Shown piece by piece: positions 34,348-40,607 of a stretch of 42,940 nt of DNA (its first letter is position 1; the number at the start of each line of letters is the position of its first letter). Location: IMG/VR virus record IMGVR_UViG_3300045988_008255; one strand, 5' to 3'. The notes below the pieces were generated by a model that did not search any database, had not been told where the DNA came from, and worked only from the letters and a program-made list of their open reading frames with translations. This stretch comes from a virus. The position numbers were made by a program, and so were the translations under genes.

Positions 34348-34762
34348 GTTTACAAATTCCAACGTCGTCGGCGTCGCCGCCGGGCAGAACGTCCCTCTGA
34401 TCTCCACGGCAGCTTGCGGAAAGCCGTGCATCGTACATCGCGAAGGAAGCGGGCTCGTTACGCTGCGCGGGCTTACGCAGCAATGCAAGGCGAAGTTCCG
34501 CGTATCCTTTGGCGCGAATATCGCCGTACCTACAGGCGGAACAGTAGGTGCCATTACCGCTGCGCTCGCAATCAACGGCGAACCTCTGAGCAGCGCCACA
34601 GCGACCGTAACCCCTGCGGCTGTTGAGAACTATTTCAACATCTTCGTTTCCACATTCGTGGAAGTCCCGCGTGGCTGCTGCCTGACTGTAGCGGCGAAGA
34701 ACACCAGCGCGCAGGCAGTAAGTTTCGCAAATAGCAATATGATCGTCGAGCGCGTATCGTGA
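34334..34762 (+). CDS. Hypothetical all-beta protein, BclA-C-terminal/C1q-like in pattern (tentative); TTG start
   Basis: 142 aa. There is no ATG in the ORF before its end, so TTG 34334 or 34340 must be the start. Alternating beta pattern ...AALAINGEPLSSATATV...NIFVSTFVEVPRGCCLTVAAKNTS... Confidence 0.45.
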   Translation: MGLAEFTNSNVVGVAAGQNVPLISTAACGKPCIVHREGSGLVTLRGLTQQCKAKFRVSFGANIAVPTGGTVGAITAALAINGEPLSSATATVTPAAVENYFNIFVSTFVEVPRGCCLTVAAKNTSAQAVSFANSNMIVERVS

Positions 34763-34776
34763 AAGGAGGATGCAAT

Positions 34777-35148
34777 ATGTACGATTTGAGAAACCTGCGT
34801 GAAATGCTCTGCAAAGAGCTGGACGAAATCGCCGACAAGCGCGAAATGTCTGCGGGCGATCTGGACGCGATCCAGAAGCTGACAAGCTCCATCAAGAATA
34901 CCTACAAGATCGAGACGGCTGAAGACGGCGGCTATTCCCGCGACGGCGAGTGGGAAGCGGATATGCGCGGCACATATGGACGCGGAAGTTCATACCGTGG
35001 GCGCCGCCGCGACGCAATGGGCCGCTACAGCCGCACAGACGCCCGCGAGCATATGCATGCGCAGCTGGAGGATATGATGCGCGACGCGGACGACGATAAA
35101 ACCCGTGACGCGATCCGCCGCTGCATGGAGCAGATCGAGCGGGCATAA
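34777..35148 (+). CDS. Hypothetical charged helical protein (GGYS / RYSR motifs)
   Basis: 123 aa from ATG 34777 after AAAGGAGGA. KLTSSIKNTYKIE...GGYSRDG...GRYSR...RRCMEQIE resembles a recurring Firmicutes hypothetical family. Confidence 0.55.
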   Translation: MYDLRNLREMLCKELDEIADKREMSAGDLDAIQKLTSSIKNTYKIETAEDGGYSRDGEWEADMRGTYGRGSSYRGRRRDAMGRYSRTDAREHMHAQLEDMMRDADDDKTRDAIRRCMEQIERA

Positions 35149-35160
35149 GGAGAGCGCAAT

Positions 35161-35508
35161 ATGTTGGATGCAGCCGAAATCCGGAAAGAGATTGCTCGCC
35201 TGGAATATGAGGAATCCGACTATAAGAATTACGCTAAGCTTGCGGATCTGTACGTGATCCGCAAGCAGATGCAGGAAGAGGAACGGGGCGACGGCGGTAG
35301 GTATGTGGGTTACTACTCCGGCGCTCCCGCCCCTGTGACCGCAGAACCGGCTACCGTGGGCGAGTACGGGGACAGTGAGTTTTTGCTTGCGGTAGCTGGG
35401 AAAGACCCGGCAAAGGCTTGGGCGGTCGTTGATGAACTTATGGACACATTATCGCTTGTGAACCGAAAAGTCTATGATTCTATGCTTCGGAAAATAAAGT
35501 CCATGTAG
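35161..35508 (+). CDS. Hypothetical protein
   Basis: 115 aa. SD AAGGAGAG. DSEFLLAVAGKDPAKAWAVVDELMDTL motif. Confidence 0.55.
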   Translation: MLDAAEIRKEIARLEYEESDYKNYAKLADLYVIRKQMQEEERGDGGRYVGYYSGAPAPVTAEPATVGEYGDSEFLLAVAGKDPAKAWAVVDELMDTLSLVNRKVYDSMLRKIKSM

Positions 35509-35546
35509 CAAAAAAATAGGGGAGTCCCCTCGCATTGCGCTGAATC

Positions 35547-35568
35547 TGTAGCATACAATGTAGCATAC
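35547..35568 (+). repeat. Direct repeats TGTAGCATAC x2: putative integrase arm-type sites (P arm)
   Basis: Copies at 35547-35556 and 35559-35568. The same 10-mer recurs at 35809-35818 on the other side of the core. Confidence 0.55.
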
Positions 35569-35648
35569 GGGAAATGATTTTATGTTACAGAGCGTGTCAT
35601 AACGTGATTTTTCGCTTTTTGAAAATACGCAGAAAATGGGGCGAAAAG

Positions 35649-35696
35649 CATAAAAAAGTACCGATTTTAGCTTTAAAACAGCTAAAATCGGTACTT
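35649..35696 (-). terminator. Rho-independent terminator immediately 3' of the tRNA-derived core (minus strand)
   Basis: Perfect 16-bp stem AAGTACCGATTTTAGC / GCTAAAATCGGTACTT (35656-35671 / 35681-35696) with a T-run on the minus strand. Confidence 0.75.
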
Positions 35697-35761
35697 TGGC
35701 GCGGAAGGAGAGATTTGAACTCTCGCGCGCTTTTTAGACGCCTACTCCCTTAGCAGGGGAG
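35697..35761 (-). other. attP core: 3' ~65 nt of a tRNA-Ser(GCU) gene (anticodon arm, long variable arm, T arm, acceptor 3' strand, CCA); no D arm or 5' acceptor strand
   Basis: Minus strand reads CTCCC-CTGCTAA-GGGAG ... GAGAG-TTCAAAT-CTCTC-CTTCCGC-G-CCA. The upstream sequence cannot form a D arm or acceptor stem. Confidence 0.7.
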
Positions 35762-35796
35762 AAAAAACCATTGAAAACACTGGGGAAATTGGCATT

Positions 35797-35818
35797 TGTA
35801 ACATATTTTGTAGCATAC
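35797..35818 (+). repeat. Arm-type repeat TGTAGCATAC plus degenerate TGTAACATAT (P' arm)
   Basis: 35809-35818 is an exact copy; 35797-35806 matches 8 of 10. Lies just before the integrase stop. Confidence 0.5.
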
Positions 35819-35823
35819 AGAAT

Positions 35824-36927
35824 TCACTCTGGCGATTCGTTTTGCAACTGATTTACGGCATCGACCATGCCTTTCATGTCCGGGTGTACATACCGTTGGG
35901 TAGTCGTTATCTTCGTGTGGCGCATGATTTCCTTGATCGTAAACGGGTCGATATTTTTCATCGCGAGGGCTGTAGCGGTTGTATGGCGGCATGAGTAAGG
36001 TGGTAGCTTTTGCACTCCGGCAAGCTCCAAACACTCATAATATCTCTTGTAAAAATTATCTTTGTTTATGCAGCAGATATTTCCGACGCGCGATTTGCTT
36101 TCTTCGCATAGTTCATGCAGCACCGGCGCAACGAAATCCGGGAAGACCATAGGCGTTTCCTTCCGCTTCTTTGTCTTTATGCCGCCTCGGACGATCTCAT
36201 TCTTTTCAAAGTCAATCATATCTTTCTTGAGCTTCAGAAGCTCACCGGGCATCATGCCGGTATAAATCATCGTTAAAATAAACCCAACGAAGTGGTCTTT
36301 TGCATACGCTTCCCATAGCTTTTTTACGTCGGCGTCGGTAAACGGTTCCGGCGATTTCTCTTCCAATTCCGGAAGCTTTATGTACTTTGCAAGATTCACG
36401 GTTGTCTGCTTTTCTGCGATTGCGAGGTTATAACAGTGGGAAAGGACGGTTTTCATATCTTTCCGTGTGTAATAGGTGCTGGCGTTGCGGTCGATAACAT
36501 CCTGTATCTGCGCGATGGTAAGCGCGTCTATCTCACGGTCGGCGATTTCTCTCATGCGCTCGAAAGCCTTTTCCGCCGCTCCCTGACGATCAGCCGATAA
36601 GGACAGATAATCCCCACGCAGATATGTTTTGTAGTATTCTCTGAGAGTGGGGATTCGCTGCTCTTCCTTCGGAGGGTTTGCTGCATATTGGAGCGCGGCA
36701 CGCTTTGACGTAAAGCCTCCCTTTGTCTTCATCTTTTGATGGAGTTTGCCGTTTTCGTCAAGGTACGTCTTTTCAGTCCACCGGGCAGTCCACGTTTTCC
36801 CACGCTGGTAGGCGCTTCCCTGCCCGTTCCCGCGTGTCCGGTTTCGCCGCGCTTCCTGTTTTTTTCCGCACCAGCAACAGTAGGGCGCGCCGTCTGGGAT
36901 TTCTTTTTTACACTTGATGCACTCCAT
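35824..36927 (-). CDS. int: Tyrosine integrase with N-terminal zinc ribbon
   Basis: 367 aa from ATG 36927 (SD GGAGG; track start 36939 is GTG). CIKCKK..CCWCG ribbon. Catalytic-region motifs SCRHTTATAL and MRHTKITTTQRYVH. Confidence 0.9.
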   Translation of the reverse strand: MECIKCKKEIPDGAPYCCWCGKKQEARRNRTRGNGQGSAYQRGKTWTARWTEKTYLDENGKLHQKMKTKGGFTSKRAALQYAANPPKEEQRIPTLREYYKTYLRGDYLSLSADRQGAAEKAFERMREIADREIDALTIAQIQDVIDRNASTYYTRKDMKTVLSHCYNLAIAEKQTTVNLAKYIKLPELEEKSPEPFTDADVKKLWEAYAKDHFVGFILTMIYTGMMPGELLKLKKDMIDFEKNEIVRGGIKTKKRKETPMVFPDFVAPVLHELCEESKSRVGNICCINKDNFYKRYYECLELAGVQKLPPYSCRHTTATALAMKNIDPFTIKEIMRHTKITTTQRYVHPDMKGMVDAVNQLQNESPE

Positions 36928-37483
36928 GCTTCCCTCCACGTTCTTTTCGGATCGCGTAGAAAGTAATTGCCGAAGCCAGCGCTGAACCTACGATCAGGGC
37001 AATGCAAACCCATGCAGCTACGGACAAATCTCCATCGCGAATGAGGCCTGCGCTCCGACTCTGCGCATCCGTCACAAGGCAGGCAATCAGGGAAAAGGAG
37101 AGCAGCATACAAAACAGGGCGAGGACGTAACACATTGTATGTGTAGACTTTATCTGTGCGCTTTGCGCGGCCGCTGTTGCCTCCAGCTTGGCGTTTTCAA
37201 GCTCGACATGATGGATCTGCTTGGTCAGCTTTTCCGGGCTTCCGACGCGATTTTCAAGGCCGAACAGCTCGTCGAGCGACAACCCGAGCGTTTTGCATAG
37301 CGCAGCCGAGTTGTAAAGCCGTGGATCCGCTTGTGTTCCAGCGTATAATCGGCTCACGGCAGAGAAGGAAACGCCGGACTCGTTCGACAGCTCCTCCAAC
37401 GTCATCCCGCTTGCATCTTTTGCCCTTCTGATCTTCCCCTGATACGCGCCGATAAACGGCGCGAGATCCTGTATTGCGGACAT
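36908..37483 (-). CDS. Membrane-anchored XRE-family HTH regulator (two C-terminal TM helices)
   Basis: 191 aa. MTLEELSNESGVSFSAVSRLYAG HTH, coiled-coil linker, TMs CYVLALFCMLLSFSLIACLV and AAWVCIALIVGSALASAITFYAI. Overlaps the int start by 20 nt. Confidence 0.75.
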   Translation of the reverse strand: MSAIQDLAPFIGAYQGKIRRAKDASGMTLEELSNESGVSFSAVSRLYAGTQADPRLYNSAALCKTLGLSLDELFGLENRVGSPEKLTKQIHHVELENAKLEATAAAQSAQIKSTHTMCYVLALFCMLLSFSLIACLVTDAQSRSAGLIRDGDLSVAAWVCIALIVGSALASAITFYAIRKERGGKHGVHQV

Positions 37484-37779
37484 GATTACGCCTCCATTCG
37501 TAAGTTTCAGTTTTATTTCTTACATTTTCCATATAAAAATGCAAAACATGTGACAAGAACGCAGGATTCGCCCTTTTCTTACAAACATTATCTGGTACAA
37601 TGAAAACGTAGCAGATAGTTCCTGAATCCTGCATCTGCTGAAATGGCCCCACCGTATGTTCCAGATACGATGGGGCCGGTCAAACCGAATATTATATCAA
37701 ATCATCAGTCCCATAACCTGTACACCATCTGGTTCCTGATTCCCAAAAATAACGCGGTCTGTTTGTTTATAATGCCATG

Positions 37780-37807
37780 TTGATTTTTAGAACAATCGTT
37801 CTATAAT
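37780..37807 (+). promoter_or_regulatory. Putative promoter TTGATT-16-TATAAT with embedded palindromic operator TAGAAC-aatc-GTTCTA
   Basis: -35 at 37780-37785 and perfect -10 at 37802-37807. Palindrome at 37788-37803. 20 nt upstream of the 37828 gene. Confidence 0.5.
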
Positions 37808-37827
37808 AAATGACAGGAGGAAAAAAT

Positions 37828-38010
37828 ATGGAGTGCATCAACATCCGGGTAAACAATGGGAGAGTCGACGTGACGGTCGACGGGGCAAAGCTGACGGATG
37901 TGCATAGCGTCAGCGTGGATTACATCAAGGGTATTCCGCTCCTGTTTGCCTGCGTCGCGGACGTAGGCCGGGAGCAGGACGAGCGGCGGGAACCGAGAAT
38001 CCTGCACTGA
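37828..38010 (+). CDS. Hypothetical small protein
   Basis: 60 aa from ATG 37828, 7 nt after AGGAGG. Confidence 0.45.
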   Translation: MECINIRVNNGRVDVTVDGAKLTDVHSVSVDYIKGIPLLFACVADVGREQDERREPRILH

Positions 38011-38012
38011 AT

Positions 38013-38858
38013 TTATTGTGCGTCCCTCGAGTTCGCTTCCTCCAGCACATTGCCGGTCTGGTCTACAAACTGCACACACACGCTGTCGACCGGAGTTCCG
38101 TTGAATGCGTTGTACATACCGCCGTACATATAAAATGCCAGTGTAAGGAGTGAGTCCTGAAGCCCAACCACATCAGTAGAAAGCGTTACAGTAAAGGACG
38201 TGTAATCGCTGGACGCTTCGGCGGAAATGACGTTTGGGTAGTCAGAGGAACCGGCCATGTCCGCAAGCTGGGCGTCAATGTTCTGCGCCAGCTCCTGCAT
38301 AAGCTCTTTGTGTCGCTCCGCTGTCATAACGTAGGTCGCGGAGCCGTCAGGATTCAGCTCTATAGACAGAAGCCCGTCTGTTTCCTTTACCTTTTCGTCC
38401 AATGCCTGCTGCGTCGCATCTTCGCCGATAAAGTCGGCTGGGATCGTGAGCTTGATCTTATTGCCCCATGTTTTTTCAGCCGTTATCGGTGTGGTTGCCG
38501 TTTCCCCGGTCTGTGCGTCGTCTTCCGTCTTTGCCGACTCCGATGCGGAGATTGTATCCGGCTCCTGCCTCTTGATCGGCTCGGCTGGCTTCTTCGCGGG
38601 CTTTGATGCGATAAGGACAACTGCCAGCACAACGGCAGCGAACGGAACAGAAAGAATCGCGATTTTTTGAACCGAAATCATCTTTTTGTTTCTTGCGCCG
38701 CATTCCGGACAGACGCGGGCGCTTGCATTGATTTGCGTTCCGCAGGAGCGGCAGATCATCTTTCGGTTGGGCGTGTCACAGTGCGGGCAGAACTTCTCCC
38801 GTTCCGGGAACTCTGCCCCGCATCTTGGGCACTGCACAATATATTCATTTTTAGTCAT
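38013..38858 (-). CDS. Double zinc-ribbon, single-TM protein with extracellular domain
   Basis: 281 aa from ATG 38858 (SD AAGGAG). CPRCG..CPHCD and CRSCG..CPECG ribbons, TM IAILSVPFAAVVLAVVLIA, then a ~190-aa extracytoplasmic domain. Confidence 0.65.
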   Translation of the reverse strand: MTKNEYIVQCPRCGAEFPEREKFCPHCDTPNRKMICRSCGTQINASARVCPECGARNKKMISVQKIAILSVPFAAVVLAVVLIASKPAKKPAEPIKRQEPDTISASESAKTEDDAQTGETATTPITAEKTWGNKIKLTIPADFIGEDATQQALDEKVKETDGLLSIELNPDGSATYVMTAERHKELMQELAQNIDAQLADMAGSSDYPNVISAEASSDYTSFTVTLSTDVVGLQDSLLTLAFYMYGGMYNAFNGTPVDSVCVQFVDQTGNVLEEANSRDAQ

Positions 38859-38983
38859 CAATGCGGCACTCCTTATATGGTTTGTAAACAATTACATATT
38901 ACCACTTAGAACCAGCAACCGCAATGTAGAAGCTGCACAAAAATAAACGTCGGATTTTGGAAGAATGGAGATAGGAGCGGACA

Positions 38984-39142
38984 ATGGTTGAAAATTTACG
39001 GGAAGTATGCTATAGTGACACCAAGAAAACAAACGTTCGTGAGAAATTAAAAGCTGCCGTTTTGTCCCTTACAGACGAACAGGCCGCGTATGTATTAAGG
39101 AGGCTGCAATGCTGTTTGCAAGAAAAGAAATCGAACGACTGA
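38984..39142 (+). CDS. Small hypothetical protein
   Basis: 52 aa from ATG 38984 after AGGAG (MVENLREVCYSDTKKTNVREKLKAAVLSLTDEQAAYVLRRLQ...). Below the track cutoff. Overlaps the next ORF. Confidence 0.3.
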   Translation: MVENLREVCYSDTKKTNVREKLKAAVLSLTDEQAAYVLRRLQCCLQEKKSND

Positions 39143-39414
39143 GAGAAGAAAATCGCGATCTGAGATCGCAGCTTTCACAAGAGAAGGAGAAAACGCGCCG
39201 GTCTGCATTTATAGAAACAGCGAATCTCCCGGAATGCAAAAGCCTGGCCTGCGTCGGATGCGAACATATTGTTGTGCAGGTTACTCCGCACGGTGGATAC
39301 TTTGTTGTAGGCTGCGGAAAAAATAACCCATGTGGGGATTACGTCAAATCCAATGCCCCTGAAGCGCAGAAACAGGCTATCCGACAAGTGCTGCAATCGC
39401 AATGGCAGTTGTGA
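39109..39414 (+). CDS. Hypothetical protein (coiled-coil N-terminus, Cys-rich C-half)
   Basis: 101 aa. ATG is 6 nt after AAGGAGG. Confidence 0.5.
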   Translation: MLFARKEIERLREENRDLRSQLSQEKEKTRRSAFIETANLPECKSLACVGCEHIVVQVTPHGGYFVVGCGKNNPCGDYVKSNAPEAQKQAIRQVLQSQWQL

Positions 39415-39700
39415 TCGCGTAAGGAAGCCAAAAGGCCCAAAAGTCTTTTCGTTTCTGCTCGATATAGTCCCTGCCGTATAATGTGATTCTGATTCGATCT
39501 TCGGAGTTAACCGTTCCGCCTGCTCCGTCTGGCGCCCCGCCAATTGAAAATTCCTCAATGAGTTTATCAAGCTTTAGATAGGTTACATATTTGTTCAGCC
39601 GATTCGTTTCCGTATGAGAAGTGAACGTGTTTACCTCATCTACACTCATTGAATCGGTTCGATACAGTTTTTTCAGAAGTTTATACGCGGTCTTTTCCAT
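39377..39700 (-). CDS. Hypothetical C-terminally membrane-anchored protein, co-transcribed with the cI-like repressor
   Basis: 107 aa. C-terminal TM FWAFWLPYAITTAIAIAALVG. Starts 7 nt after the repressor stop. Confidence 0.55.
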   Translation of the reverse strand: MEKTAYKLLKKLYRTDSMSVDEVNTFTSHTETNRLNKYVTYLKLDKLIEEFSIGGAPDGAGGTVNSEDRIRITLYGRDYIEQKRKDFWAFWLPYAITTAIAIAALVG

Positions 39701-39707
39701 AAATCCC

Positions 39708-40037
39708 TCACATCAGCTTTAGCGCTTCCGCGATAAGCCCCGCAAGCTTTTCGCATTGCTCATCCGACAAACCATCAATTAAATCGCGGAGCTTCTGCTT
39801 CGGCTCGCTCACCGCCCCATCCTTCGGGATGGGGTCTTTTTTTATGCCTTTGCCCATCAGTTCTTCTACTGTTACGCCGAAGTAGTCGGCGATTTTTTGC
39901 GCATTTACGTCAGAGGGTTTTGTCTTCCGCGCTTTCCAACAGCTTATTGTTGACTTGTCAATTCCGAGTTCTCGGCCAACGTATGCAGGGGTTTTGTTTA
40001 CAGAAGCGCAAAGCGCAACAAAGTTGTCATAAAACAC
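39708..40037 (-). CDS. XRE/cI-like repressor
   Basis: 109 aa. TPAYVGRELGIDKSTISCWKARKTKP HTH. GTG start at 40037 with GAGGTG 8 nt upstream and no in-frame ATG near it. Confidence 0.75.
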   Translation of the reverse strand: MFYDNFVALCASVNKTPAYVGRELGIDKSTISCWKARKTKPSDVNAQKIADYFGVTVEELMGKGIKKDPIPKDGAVSEPKQKLRDLIDGLSDEQCEKLAGLIAEALKLM

Positions 40038-40097
40038 AATAATACACCTCTGGAATTGTTAAATACGACGAAAGTTGAATTAGTTTGCAAATAGCGG

Positions 40098-40126
40098 TTG
40101 ACAGTTGAGAATGTTTGATGTATTAT
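40098..40126 (+). promoter_or_regulatory. Rightward near-consensus promoter TTGACA-17-TATTAT
   Basis: Read directly. -35 at 40098-40103, -10 at 40121-40126. The first SD-led rightward ORF is about 500 nt away (40635). Confidence 0.55.
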
Positions 40127-40211
40127 TGCCTTGTGGTTGAAAAAGTTTGCAACAGACAAGACCAAAGCAAATCAACGCTTGCGCCAATGCTAATGTGTTT
40201 CTCGCAAATTC

Positions 40212-40240
40212 ATAGTAGCACAAACAGTAAACAATTTCAA
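40212..40240 (-). promoter_or_regulatory. Leftward promoter TTGAAA-17-(TGc)TACTAT
   Basis: Minus strand. -35 at 40240-40235 and extended -10 at 40217-40212. Faces the rightward promoter. Confidence 0.45.
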
Positions 40241-40481
40241 CAATAAATTTCAAAAGTTGACTGCGGCGAAAAGAAAAGCCGCCCGTGGTTCGTTCACGAG
40301 CGGGTTTCCCCAGAGTTGTTTACCAGAACGCGCTGCACAGGATGGTCGTCTGCATTACTTTGTATCCGTCCGAATTGGTAGAGTTCTTTCCACCGGCTCG
40401 GCAATGCCATCCTGACACAAAACGAACTTACGCTTCTATGACGCGCCGCTCACTTTGGCAGTTCTGGCGCTGCCCCTTGCC

Positions 40482-40538
40482 CTAACGCATCACGCCGTTT
40501 CTTTGGTCTGGAACTGGCAAGTTCAAAAGTTTGGTCAT
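40482..40538 (-). CDS. SD-led 18-codon ORF (MTKLLNLPVPDQRNGVMR)
   Basis: AGGAGG (40552-40547) lies 8 nt before ATG 40538, with TAG at 40484-40482. About 30 nt downstream of the leftward promoter at 40578-40607. Confidence 0.25.
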   Translation of the reverse strand: MTKLLNLPVPDQRNGVMR

Positions 40539-40577
40539 GAAAACCACCTCCTGAATTTACCTAAAAGGGCTAATGGC

Positions 40578-40607
40578 AGTATAGCACGTCTGGGGCGTTG
40601 CAGTCAA
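40578..40607 (-). promoter_or_regulatory. Leftward near-consensus promoter TTGACT-18-(TGc)TATACT
   Basis: Minus strand. -35 at 40607-40602 and extended -10 at 40583-40578. Back-to-back with the cro-like gene. Confidence 0.55.

Noticed and set aside
35697-35800. A complete tRNA gene on the minus strand
   Set aside because: Only the anticodon arm through CCA is present. The sequence 5' of the anticodon stem (ggtttttt..., caatttcccc...) cannot form a D arm or pair with the acceptor 3' strand, so it is an attP core fragment and not a functional tRNA.
40298-40410. 37-codon minus-strand ORF (MALPSRWKELYQFGRIQSNADDHPVQRVLVNNSGETRS)
   Set aside because: The sequence is protein-like, but there is no SD upstream and it is not extendable in frame. 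It is possibly a remnant of a decayed gene, and I kept it only as a note under the switch-region finding.
40285-40485. 66-aa plus-strand track ORF in the switch region
   Set aside because: It has a GTG start with no SD and an unnatural W/R/C/P-rich composition. It lies in a region better explained as leader or antisense RNA.
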